64,000 nucleotides of DNA from Candidatus Bathyarchaeota archaeon. GTDB lineage: Archaea; Thermoproteota; Bathyarchaeia; Bathyarchaeales; Bathyarchaeaceae. Numbering within the stretch: the stretch's first letter is position 1; each line of letters begins with the position of its first letter. The notes beneath the pieces are model-generated. The model saw only the letters and a program-made list of their open reading frames with translations. It ran no database searches and was not told the origin of the DNA. The stretch covers positions 15,849 through 79,848 of the forward strand of contig CAVOMX010000017.1 in assembly GCA_963697165.1 (NCBI GenBank). Direction: 5' to 3'. Position numbers and translations under genes: made by a program. This document shows, one piece after another, positions 29,179-38,297 of the stretch.

Positions 29179-29320
29179 TTCTATTCTCCTAATGGTTGGT
29201 TTCTATTATTTTAACTTATTTAAGAGTAACTACCCATAAAAGAGTATAATTTTTGGTGTTTTCAAAGAAAGGTTTTAAAGAATTCACTCCATTCTTAAAG
29301 TAAAGTGTGGAACATGAGTT

Positions 29321-30445
29321 ATGTCTGAAACTCTTGAGATGCCGCTCAATGCCCTCAACGAATGGCTAAACAAAGAAACAACCGCCATAATTGAACCCCT
29401 AAAGGATGACGCAAAAAAGATACTTGAAGACACCAAAACTAAGCTTGAAGAACTCTCAGACGCCAGTGACAAATTGTTAGATGATGCAGAAAAAGAGATG
29501 GCAAAATCTAGCCGCAAAACATATAATCGCGCAAAATATCTCTACAAACTCGCTGGAACATTCTCTGATTTAATTGAGAAAGTCACCATTCCCGAAGAAA
29601 TCAACGGAAAAACCCTTAATGAAACTTCTGAACAAATCGGAAAAACCATAAAAACAATCGGTCAAGAGAAAACAAAATGGTTCCGCGCGATTTCACCATA
29701 CTTCATAATTTCTCGTCGAAGATTCGAGGCTTCATTTAAGAGGGCAGATGATTCAATCCGAAACTTTACTGACTTCATGACGAAAGAGTACGTTAAGGCT
29801 GAAAGCGCTGAAAACGTTTTTTCCAAGATAGATGAGTTACGCCAATCCTTAGCCGAGTTAAACGAGTACGAAAAAGGTAAAGAAACAAGAGAACAGAAAA
29901 AACAGCTTCTTGAAACGAACATAGCCAAGAGTCAACAGAATATTCAGGCAATCCAGTGTAAAGACGAGGTAGTTGAACTCGTTCAAATAAACTCGAGAAT
30001 CAAAGAATTGACTGAAACTGTTAAACATGAATTGCGACACATCCAAAAACCGCTTCTAAAATTTCAAACATTAGTTAACAGCCCTGGATACAGTCTCTTT
30101 CCTGAGGCAACCAGTAAACTTGATGAATACTTGTCTAATCCATTTGATGCCTTGGCGACAGAAAAAGAAGGTTATCCTCTGCTAAGAAGCATTCTTCAAA
30201 AGATAGACACAGTTTTAGATAACAAACAAATGAAACTTAAACCGAGTCGCCTGAAGAAGGCGAAAGACCAGATAGAAAGTATTGTAAATAAAGAGGCTTT
30301 AGTGTCGCTTCAGAAGAACTGCAGCAAAGTTTTAAACAAAAAATATGAGTTGTCGGCTTCAGGGACAATAAGCGAGTGCAGAGACGAAAGAGCAAGATTA
30401 CATGATCGCTTGGAAGACTTGCAGACGACAGAAGAGTATCGTTGA
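29321..30445 (+). CDS. Coiled-coil protein, function unknown (coding potential continues in another frame to 30572)
   Basis: 374 aa, rich in K/E/L heptads. After the TGA at 30443-30445 the +1 frame reads IVEIRDSRLEKEHNEARKKIDDQKRALEKIVSDISSKNVQIVIN*, which has the same character. Confidence 0.6.
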   Translation: MSETLEMPLNALNEWLNKETTAIIEPLKDDAKKILEDTKTKLEELSDASDKLLDDAEKEMAKSSRKTYNRAKYLYKLAGTFSDLIEKVTIPEEINGKTLNETSEQIGKTIKTIGQEKTKWFRAISPYFIISRRRFEASFKRADDSIRNFTDFMTKEYVKAESAENVFSKIDELRQSLAELNEYEKGKETREQKKQLLETNIAKSQQNIQAIQCKDEVVELVQINSRIKELTETVKHELRHIQKPLLKFQTLVNSPGYSLFPEATSKLDEYLSNPFDALATEKEGYPLLRSILQKIDTVLDNKQMKLKPSRLKKAKDQIESIVNKEALVSLQKNCSKVLNKKYELSASGTISECRDERARLHDRLEDLQTTEEYR

Positions 30446-30695
30446 AATCAGAGACAGTAGGTTAGAGAAAGAGCATAATGAAGCACGCAAAAAAATTGAC
30501 GACCAGAAAAGGGCTCTGGAAAAGATTGTGTCAGATATATCCTCCAAGAATGTACAGATCGTGATAAATTAACTGTATTTCAAAACATTTTATCCATAAA
30601 TTTCATGATCTAGGAAACTGGTAAAAGTCTGTAAACCTTTATTTAATGGAATTATTAAATTTAGGTCTATACAAAAAGCGGGGGTAAGGCTAAAC

Positions 30696-31148
30696 ATGTT
30701 CGAAGATCAAATAGACAAAATTATCGATAAGTATGAGAACGAAAAAGGTATTTTGATTCAATTATTACTCGATATTCAACACGAGTTTCGTTGGATACCA
30801 AAGGATGCAATAACAAGAATAAGTGAGAGGCTCAAGATTCCCTACAGTCAAATATTTAGGGTTGCAAGTTTTTACACTGGACTGAGTCTCAAACCTATAG
30901 GTCGTCATCTTATTAGAGTATGCGTTGGTACTGCTTGTTATGTTCGAGGAGGACCGAGAATTCTGGATGCCGTAGAGAATAAATTAGGGATAAAATCTGG
31001 CGAGACAACAAGTGACAATAAGTTCAGTTTAGAGACAGTAAATTGCTTAGGTTGCTGCGCCTTGGGGCCAGTTATGGAAATTGATGGTCAATATTTTGGA
31101 AAGCTCAATTCCGCAAATCTTGAGAAAACACTCTCTAACTATAATTAA
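30696..31148 (+). CDS. NuoE/HndA/HydC-like [2Fe-2S] thioredoxin-like ferredoxin subunit
   Basis: LLDIQHEFRWIP..., CVGTACYVRGG and VNCLGCCALGP give the NuoE cysteine pattern. Confidence 0.85.
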   Translation: MFEDQIDKIIDKYENEKGILIQLLLDIQHEFRWIPKDAITRISERLKIPYSQIFRVASFYTGLSLKPIGRHLIRVCVGTACYVRGGPRILDAVENKLGIKSGETTSDNKFSLETVNCLGCCALGPVMEIDGQYFGKLNSANLEKTLSNYN

Positions 31149-31166
31149 CAGGAGAAATGAAAAGTA

Positions 31167-33101
31167 ATGAAACCGTTAAAATCTTCTTCTGATCTGGAAA
31201 AACTCCGAAAAAAGATACTTGACAAAAAAGATCCTAAGAGGATAACTATCTCAGCATGCGTAAGTACTGGTTGTAAAGCTCTTGGCGCCCAAAAAGTCCT
31301 TGAAGCTTTCAATGTAGAACTCAAAAAACAGGGCCTAGACAGAAAAGTAGATATTAAAGAAACAGGTTGCCTAGGTTTCTGCGAAAAAGGTCCTAGAATA
31401 GTTATCTATCCTGAAGAAATTTACTATTTCCAAGTAGACGCAAAAGATGTACCAGAAATCGTATCGAAGACTTTGATCAACAATGAAATTGTTGAAAGGT
31501 TACTTTACACTGATCTGATTACTGGCGAAAAAGCACGCTATCTGTCTGAAGTTCCATTCTATAAGTATCAGAACAGGCTTCTTTTGGAGAGCAATAGTAA
31601 AATCGACCCTAAAAAGATAGAGGATTACTTATCGATAGGTGGTTATGCAGCATTAGCAAAAGCTCTTTTTCAAATGACACCTGAGGACGTAATGAATGAA
31701 GTTAAGGAATCCAAACTTCGCGGTCGGGGTGGAGGCGGTTTCCCAACTTACATAAAGTGGGAATCTACCCGTAAGGCACCAGGAGAGCCCAAATATGTTA
31801 TTGTAAACTGCGACGAAGGCGATCCGGGAGCCTTCATGAACAGGGCGTTGATGGAAGGAAATCCACATTCAATTCTTGAGGGCCTTATCATAGGAGCTTA
31901 TGCAATAGGTTCGGATGAGGGATTCCTTTATGTGCGTCAAGAGTATCCACTCGCAGTTGAGAACATGGAAATAGCCATTAAAGAAGCAGAAAAGATGGGA
32001 CTTTTAGGTGAAGACATACTAGGTTCAGGATTTAACTTTAAGGTTAAGATCCATAAAGGGGCAGGCGCTTTTGTGTCTGGCGAGTCAAGCGCTCTGATGA
32101 CTGCAATAGAAGGAAAGGTCGGTGAACCAAGACCTAAATATGTCCACACATCTGAAAAAGGAGTCTGGGATAAGCCAAGCACACTGAATAATGTCGAAAC
32201 ATGGGCTAACATACCCCCTATAATCAATAATGGTGCTAAATGGTTTGCATCAATTGGTACCGAAGCCAGCAAAGGCACCAAAATATTTGCTTTAGCCGGC
32301 AAAGTAAACAACACTGGTTTAGTTGAAGTTCCTTTCGGCATTTCATTAAGAGATATCATATTCAAAATTGGTGAAGGAATCCGGGATGGAAAGCGATTCA
32401 AGGGTGTTCAAACTGGGGGTCCCTCTGGAGGCGTCATCCCTGAGCAGCACTTAGATTCTCCCGTTGATTTTGATGAACTCACCAAGCTAGGTTCAATGAT
32501 GGGTTCTGGCGGGATGATCGTAATGGACGAAGATACCTGCATGGTAGAACTAGCCCGTTACTTTGTAAACTTCTTATGCGATGAATCTTGCGGAAAATGC
32601 ACACCTTGTCGGGAAGGATTGAGGCAAGCTAGTATAATCTTAAACAGGATCGTTAGCGGTAAAGGAACAGAGGATGACATAGATAAGCTTGGAAAAATTG
32701 CAGAGGTAACCCGCGTTGCTTCCCTATGCGCTTTAGGACAAACATCTGCAAATCCCTTGTTAACCACTCTTCGATACTTCAAAAACGAATACGAAGTACA
32801 CATAAATGAAAAAAGATGTCCATCATTAGTCTGTAAAGACCTGATATCCTATTATATTGACCCTGAAAAGTGTCAGGCCTGCATGATTTGTTATAGGAAC
32901 TGTCCAACGAATGCGATAATCGGGGAAAAGATGAAAATTCACATCGTTGATCAATCAAAATGCATCAAATGTGGAAGCTGCTATGACTTATGTCCACCCA
33001 GATTTAAGGCAGTAAAAAAAATATCTGGTGAAGCGGTTCCACTACCCATTCCAGAAGAAGAGAGATTGGTCACGAGATTAAGGAAGGAGAAGCGGGACTA
33101 G
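31167..33101 (+). CDS. NuoF/HydB-like NAD(H)-binding FMN iron-sulfur flavoprotein with extra N-terminal 2Fe-2S and C-terminal 2x[4Fe-4S] domains
   Basis: GRGGGGFPT, NCDEGDPGAF, ESCGKCTPCREG, CQACMICYRNCP and CIKCGSCYDLCP. The N-terminal part has SACVSTGCKALGA...GCLGFCEKGP. Confidence 0.9.
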   Translation: MKPLKSSSDLEKLRKKILDKKDPKRITISACVSTGCKALGAQKVLEAFNVELKKQGLDRKVDIKETGCLGFCEKGPRIVIYPEEIYYFQVDAKDVPEIVSKTLINNEIVERLLYTDLITGEKARYLSEVPFYKYQNRLLLESNSKIDPKKIEDYLSIGGYAALAKALFQMTPEDVMNEVKESKLRGRGGGGFPTYIKWESTRKAPGEPKYVIVNCDEGDPGAFMNRALMEGNPHSILEGLIIGAYAIGSDEGFLYVRQEYPLAVENMEIAIKEAEKMGLLGEDILGSGFNFKVKIHKGAGAFVSGESSALMTAIEGKVGEPRPKYVHTSEKGVWDKPSTLNNVETWANIPPIINNGAKWFASIGTEASKGTKIFALAGKVNNTGLVEVPFGISLRDIIFKIGEGIRDGKRFKGVQTGGPSGGVIPEQHLDSPVDFDELTKLGSMMGSGGMIVMDEDTCMVELARYFVNFLCDESCGKCTPCREGLRQASIILNRIVSGKGTEDDIDKLGKIAEVTRVASLCALGQTSANPLLTTLRYFKNEYEVHINEKRCPSLVCKDLISYYIDPEKCQACMICYRNCPTNAIIGEKMKIHIVDQSKCIKCGSCYDLCPPRFKAVKKISGEAVPLPIPEEERLVTRLRKEKRD

Positions 33102-33111
33102 AGGAGCGTGA

Positions 33112-34545
33112 ATGAAGATGGAAAGAAGCGAAAAAGAAATCACGTTGAAGATAGACGGGAATGAAGTCAATGCCAAAGAAGGAACATCCATTTTTGATGT
33201 AGCAAAAACAGTTGGTATTACGATTCCTACGCTCTGTCATAATACTGTTCTTGAGCCTTTTGGTGCTTGCCGTGTATGTTCGGTGGAAATAACGGACAAG
33301 CGAGGAAGGAAAAAGATTGTGACTTCATGCAATTACCCTGTATTTGAAGGACTCATTGTTGACACAAAATCTGAGAAAGTATTCAGAACGCGTCAATTGC
33401 TCCTTGAGTTGTTACTTGCTCGCTGTCCAAATGCTAAAAAGATACAGGATTTAGCGCGGGAATATGGCGTTGAGACGCCGAGCTTTTGTGTAGTAGACCC
33501 AGAAGAGGATTGTATCCTCTGTGGCTTGTGTGCTCGTGTTTGTGAAGAAAAAGTTGGCGTATCTGCAATCAATTTTGCGAATCGAGGCGTAGAACGAGAA
33601 GTCACATCTCCATATCACACGATATCTGATGATTGCGTGGGATGTGGCGCATGCGCTATCGTCTGCCCTACAGACTCAAAAAAAGTTAGAATAAACACCT
33701 ATCCCATGCTGGAAGAGGACATTAAGGAAGCAGAAAAGAAGTTTCTGAACGGAACAAAAGACGAATTTTTGGGCGTTTACACCGAGCTTTTTGCAGCAAA
33801 AAGTTCTATTGATGGCCAAGATGGAGGAATGGCTACTGCTTTGCTCCTTTCGGGATTTGAGAAGGGATTGTTTGATGCTGCTATTGTCGTTAAGCGAACA
33901 GTTGGATATAAAGCGGAGGCAATTATTGCTGAAACTGCTGATGACATACTGAATGCACGAGGAACTAAATATTCAAGAGTTAAAATGATGTCAAAAGTAG
34001 GGGAGCTAGTGGAAAAAGGGAAAAAGAGAATAGCTATTGTTGGTACGCCATGCGAGGTTCGAACAGGAAGAAAAATTCAGCAACAACTACTAAGTAAATA
34101 CCCCGACCTAGAGATTACCATCGTAGGATTGTTCTGCTTTGAAGCCTTCGATTACGACAAACTGAAAGAAGAAATAAAGAGGTTCTTGGGTGTTGATTTG
34201 GACAAGGCTGAAAAAACTCAGATACAGAAAGGAAAATTTATAGTTCGAATTGGTGAAAACGAATACTCTGCAAAGGTGAAAGAATTTCACGATGCTATTC
34301 AGGGCGGATGCGCTTACTGTAATGATTTTGTTGCCCGACTTGCCGATGTTTCAGTTGGTTCAGTAGGAAGCAAGGATGGATATTCAACAGTGATAGTTAG
34401 GTCGGATAAAGGAAAGAAGCTTCTGGAAAATGTTGACTTCGTTAAAGGAGATTGTAACAAAGAAGACGTGATAAAACTAGCGGATTTCAAAAAGAAAAGA
34501 GCGGACAAAAACTTTTCTCCAATTATTAAAGGGACACAGAAGTAG
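33112..34545 (+). CDS. Fusion protein: NuoG/HydA-type N-terminal 2Fe-2S + two 4Fe-4S motifs, then FrhB-type (F420 hydrogenase/dehydrogenase beta) domain
   Basis: ITLKIDGNEVNAKEGTSIFDVA...CHNT..GACRVC, CILCGLCARVCEE and CVGCGACAIVCPT. These are followed by GQDGGMATALLLSGFEKGLFDAAIVV...RIAIVGTPCEV...IVGLFCFEAFDY and CAYCNDF. Confidence 0.8.
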   Translation: MKMERSEKEITLKIDGNEVNAKEGTSIFDVAKTVGITIPTLCHNTVLEPFGACRVCSVEITDKRGRKKIVTSCNYPVFEGLIVDTKSEKVFRTRQLLLELLLARCPNAKKIQDLAREYGVETPSFCVVDPEEDCILCGLCARVCEEKVGVSAINFANRGVEREVTSPYHTISDDCVGCGACAIVCPTDSKKVRINTYPMLEEDIKEAEKKFLNGTKDEFLGVYTELFAAKSSIDGQDGGMATALLLSGFEKGLFDAAIVVKRTVGYKAEAIIAETADDILNARGTKYSRVKMMSKVGELVEKGKKRIAIVGTPCEVRTGRKIQQQLLSKYPDLEITIVGLFCFEAFDYDKLKEEIKRFLGVDLDKAEKTQIQKGKFIVRIGENEYSAKVKEFHDAIQGGCAYCNDFVARLADVSVGSVGSKDGYSTVIVRSDKGKKLLENVDFVKGDCNKEDVIKLADFKKKRADKNFSPIIKGTQK

Positions 34546-34565
34546 AAATTGAGAACCACAAAATT

Positions 34566-34598
34566 AAATCCTGTTTAGACAGGATTTCTCCTTTTTTT
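34566..34598. terminator. Hairpin plus T7 tract between convergent genes (probable bidirectional terminator)
   Basis: AAATCCTG tttaga CAGGATTT ctcc TTTTTTT, lying between the stop at 34545 (plus strand) and the stop at 34602 (minus strand). Confidence 0.55.
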
Positions 34599-34601
34599 AT
34601 G

Positions 34602-35114
34602 TTACTTTATTGTTCTGAATAGTTTGTATCTTTGTAATCGTGGCCAACCCGTTTTTGCATATTTCATCATGTCAGGGTTTTTCTTTAGCCAATCCATCAT
34701 GTGGAAAAAGTTTTTTGCCCGTTTGCTTTCTCGTTCTTCTAGAGGTTCGTAACCTAGATTTCTTAGTTCATCGAGGTAAGCGGTTTCCGTGAAGTCCTGT
34801 GGATCTCCTGTAACTTTGATTCTGTGGATTCGGTCTTCACCATATTTTCGTTTTAGTCTCTCGATAACATCGTCAAAGATGTATCCTCTGCAGATGTGAA
34901 TTTCTTCCTCTGGTTTTGGTTTCATTTCAGCCAGTAGCTTGGTTACAATCTTTGAGGATTGGGTCATGTATGCTTTTCGTGAAAAAAGTCTGGCTTGAAA
35001 ATTTTTCACGTCAATAATGTCGTATTTGAATTCGCGGGTTGAATCTTGATATGCTGCGATAACAACACCAAAGAGTAGGTCGCCCATTCCCGCATCATCT
35101 ATAATAATTGTCAT
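34602..35114 (-). CDS. Uncharacterised conserved protein, family X (paralog of 58677-59204)
   Basis: 170 aa. It shares with its paralog IIDDAGMGDLLFGVVIAA / LIDDSGWGDLILGVVIGA, ICRGYIF / VCSGYVL, KVTGD / EVTGE and AKTGW / VKTGW, in the same order. Confidence 0.7.
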   Translation of the reverse strand: MTIIIDDAGMGDLLFGVVIAAYQDSTREFKYDIIDVKNFQARLFSRKAYMTQSSKIVTKLLAEMKPKPEEEIHICRGYIFDDVIERLKRKYGEDRIHRIKVTGDPQDFTETAYLDELRNLGYEPLEERESKRAKNFFHMMDWLKKNPDMMKYAKTGWPRLQRYKLFRTIK

Positions 35115-35386
35115 TAGGGTTCCCTTTTTTACTCAATGGAGTAACTGACGCTGAAATAAAAATGGTCCGTTTCTTTTATAACAATAGTGATTTGGAGCGT
35201 CTGCAGAGAATGCGTTAAGTGTTTAATTTTTAATAAAATACCCGCACGCTATATATGCAACCGTGCATTATATGTACTCAATGGAATTCTCTTAGTGAAT
35301 ATCGACAAAAATGGTCTCGTTTTTGTCGTTATTTTGAGTATTCTGTTAGGAAAAATCTGGCAAAAGCAAGAGAGGTATGTTAAAAG

Positions 35387-35587
35387 TTGTCTATGTCTGG
35401 TATTCAATTTAAAATGCATCAGCGGCTTATTCGGAAATTTGAGAAAGTAGGAGCTGTTTCGGAGGAGACCGCTAAAACGTTTGTAGAAGCTGACCTAGAT
35501 TTGACGGAACAGTGTTGGTTGGACTATTTTGCTGGTTCTTTTCTTGGCAGCATAAAGAAGACTAGGGACCATCGGTATTATCTGTAA
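35387..35587 (+). CDS. Small hypothetical protein
   Basis: 66-aa ORF with ordinary composition and no motif. Confidence 0.3.
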   Translation: MSMSGIQFKMHQRLIRKFEKVGAVSEETAKTFVEADLDLTEQCWLDYFAGSFLGSIKKTRDHRYYL

Positions 35588-35962
35588 AATTCCAAATGTA
35601 TTATGGAATACTTTGCGTTATGATTTTTGTTGTTTCATACAGGTAATGTAATTATATAAAATTTTAAAATGTTATTTATTCACAGGTTTCTTTGAGTAGG
35701 AATATCTAAGGTTTCTGCAAATGATGTTTTGAAGTAGCTGGAGTTTAAGGCTAAGCCTGATCAGTTAGCGGGATGGACAATGTATGGAATATCAACCGAA
35801 CTTGTGTGAAGTAACCGAAATTACAGATAATTTATAGGTGAATTTTACATTAAAGGGCTGAATGTTTGGTGGGTTAGTTGGCTGACAATGATGTTGAAGC
35901 GGAAGAAACAAAACAGGGTAGAATAGAGTTCAGTTTTCCTATTGTTGACTGTGCGTACACGG

Positions 35963-37109
35963 ATGTTTAGTAGAATTTTTGATCGACTTGGTTCTCTTCG
36001 AGCATCACGTTTGCTTTCGTGGGTTGCGCTTGTCATTGTGCCTGTTGTGGCTGGAATTGGGTTTTATCTTGTTAGCACTAGCTTATTTACGCTGTTGTGG
36101 ACTCCTCTTGCTCGTGATGTTAACACGCGAACTGGGTCCATTGGCTTATCTTTTGTTGCCTGGCATTAATCCAATTTTCCCCCTATTTTATGGGTGGCTG
36201 GCAATAGTCTGTGCGATTGTAGTTCATGAAGGCGCACATGGAATTATAGCAAGAAACCGTGGATTTAACGTTAAGTCAAGCGGTCTCCTTTTCTTTCTCA
36301 TAATTCCTATTGGCGCCTTTGTAGATGTTGATGAAGATCAGATAGCGAAAGCAAAACCTAAAGATTCTTTGAGGGTTATGGCTGCGGGGGTTGCAGGAAA
36401 TGTTGTTGTAGCCATAGTATGCATTCTCGCTGTTCTACTCATTGTTAATGGGTTAACTCCCGTGATTGATGGTGTATATATTTCGGATGTTACAGAAGGC
36501 ATGCCTGCTGAAGCGTCAGGATTGTTGCCTGAGGATATTTTTGTTTCAGTAGATAACGTGACGATTGACAGTTATAATACTTTGAATGCATCCTTTGCGA
36601 TTAAGAGTCCGGGAGATATTGTTCAGGTAACTGTGGCTAGGGGAGAAAATTGGAGGGAACTGTTTTCCACATATGTGAATTTAACTGAATCTGAAGGACG
36701 GGCAGTCATGGGAGTCACTTTAGGCGATTTAATGACTGAAGAGCGGTTAACCTTCTATAAGACTTTGAGTCTCGAAACGGTTACCATATACATGGTTCCT
36801 CCATCTTTAGCTCCCGGTATAGTACCTTTCTCCGATTCCTTGATTCCATTCTACACACATTCCTTAGGGTCACAATGGCACGTATATGCAAACATTTTCT
36901 TTTGGCTCTGGTTCGTGAACGTTAATGTTGCAGTGTTCAATGCTTTGCCTATTATTCCAATGGATGGAGGACGAATGTTCAACATTTCCTTGAAGAGCAT
37001 TCTGGGTCGAAGAGCAAGCGAAAAGACAATCTCTCGAATAACCTACGCTGTAACAGCTGCTTTAGTTTGTGTATTACTGATGATGTACGTGATTCCATTC
37101 ATCATGTAA
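35963..37109 (+). pseudogene. Site-2 protease (peptidase M50) with PDZ domain, interrupted by one frameshift near 36118-36125
   Basis: N-terminus in frame of 35942/35963: MFSRIFDRLGSLRASRLLSWVALVIVPVVAGIGFYLVSTSLFTLLWTPLARDV. The remainder is in the frame of ORF 35979-37109: RELGPLAYLLLPGINPIFPLFYGW...VVHEGAHG (HExxH)...NALPIIPMDGG. Confidence 0.7.
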
Positions 37110-37172
37110 AATGATAGAGTAAACTTAACCAACCTGCTAATTAGGTCGATTAGCCCTCATCTTCTAGCGTAG

Positions 37173-38129
37173 TTGAAGCTGGTGAACAACATGGCTTCTC
37201 ATGTAGAAAGCGGCTCTCTTTTGGCTGAATCAGCAACTAACTCAAGTGCTGAAGAGTTTCTCAGGCTTACCATGCAGATTAGCAAGAGATTGGCTAATGA
37301 AGACGGGCTGGTTAGAACGCTAAAGATAACAGGTAGGCTTGTTGAAGCGCCACCAGTTGGAGAAGCAATCATAGTGGGTGACTTGCATGGAGACCTAAAA
37401 AGCCTCGTGTACATACTGGAACAGAGCAAATTTCTGGCTAAAATAAAGAAGGGCAAGGATGTTTTGCTAATTTTTCTTGGAGACTACGGAGATCGAGGAG
37501 TCCAATCTCCTGAGGTCTATTATGTCGTATTGAAGCTAAAGAAAATTTTTTCTGAGCACGTTATCTTGATGCGAGGTAACCACGAAGGACCCCCAGACCT
37601 CACCGCTTTGCCTCACGACCTACCAAATCACCTAGAAAACAGATTCGGCAACAAAGGCACAGAAGCTTACTTGAAACTCCGAGAACTCTTCAATTATCTC
37701 TACACGGGAGTTATCATACCCGACAGGTACGTTTTACTTCACGGCGGAGCTCCAAGCAAAGCCACCAGCATCAACGACATAGCATACGCCCACAAAAAGC
37801 ATCCACGAGAAACACATCTTGAAGAAATCCTTTGGAATGACCCATGTACGGGAATAAAAGGAACAATCGCTTCACCCAGAGGCGCTGGCAAACTATTCGG
37901 TGAAAACATCACAAACAAGCTGCTAGCAATGCTTAACGTCAAAGCATTGATTCGGGGACACCAATCCTCCCCAGATGGATACCAAAGCAACCACGGTGGA
38001 CGAGTATTAACCCTGTTCTCGAGAAAAGGCACCCCATACAACAATAGATTCGCAGCCTACCTGCAACTTGACATCTCCCAAAAAGTGAAAACCCCAAAAC
38101 AGCTTCTGCAGAGCATCCACAAATTCTAG
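37173..38129 (+). CDS. PPP-family Ser/Thr protein phosphatase (PP1/PP2A-like metallophosphoesterase)
   Basis: GDLHGD, GDYGDRG, RGNHE and LLHGG motifs in canonical order. The start may be the ATG at 37191. Confidence 0.85.
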   Translation: MKLVNNMASHVESGSLLAESATNSSAEEFLRLTMQISKRLANEDGLVRTLKITGRLVEAPPVGEAIIVGDLHGDLKSLVYILEQSKFLAKIKKGKDVLLIFLGDYGDRGVQSPEVYYVVLKLKKIFSEHVILMRGNHEGPPDLTALPHDLPNHLENRFGNKGTEAYLKLRELFNYLYTGVIIPDRYVLLHGGAPSKATSINDIAYAHKKHPRETHLEEILWNDPCTGIKGTIASPRGAGKLFGENITNKLLAMLNVKALIRGHQSSPDGYQSNHGGRVLTLFSRKGTPYNNRFAAYLQLDISQKVKTPKQLLQSIHKF

Positions 38130-38130
38130 A

Positions 38131-38228
38131 CCCAACCCAATCATATTATGAGACTAATAGCAGTTGATTGTTGAAAACAGCCTTTTTTCAGGAAAACCAC
38201 TCACAGCAACAAAAAAGCTGTCTTTAGT
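38131..38228 (-). repeat. Intergenic repeat family R, copy A (reverse orientation)
   Basis: The reverse complement reads ...ggttttcctgaaaaaaggctgttttcaacaat caactgc tattagtctcataatat. It abuts the stop codon of the phosphatase gene. Confidence 0.7.
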
Positions 38229-38297
38229 AAAGAAAACATTTTGTACAGCATTACTATAATCTGTCAGAGTAAGGTTTGATGCATGAAGGGATAAAAC

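Noticed and set aside
35979-36120. Alternative N-terminus of the M50 protease in the frame of ORF 35979-37109
   Set aside because: That frame gives a Cys/Leu-rich, implausible peptide. The 35942/35963 frame gives a natural signal-anchor sequence that joins the protease body after a 1-nt shift.
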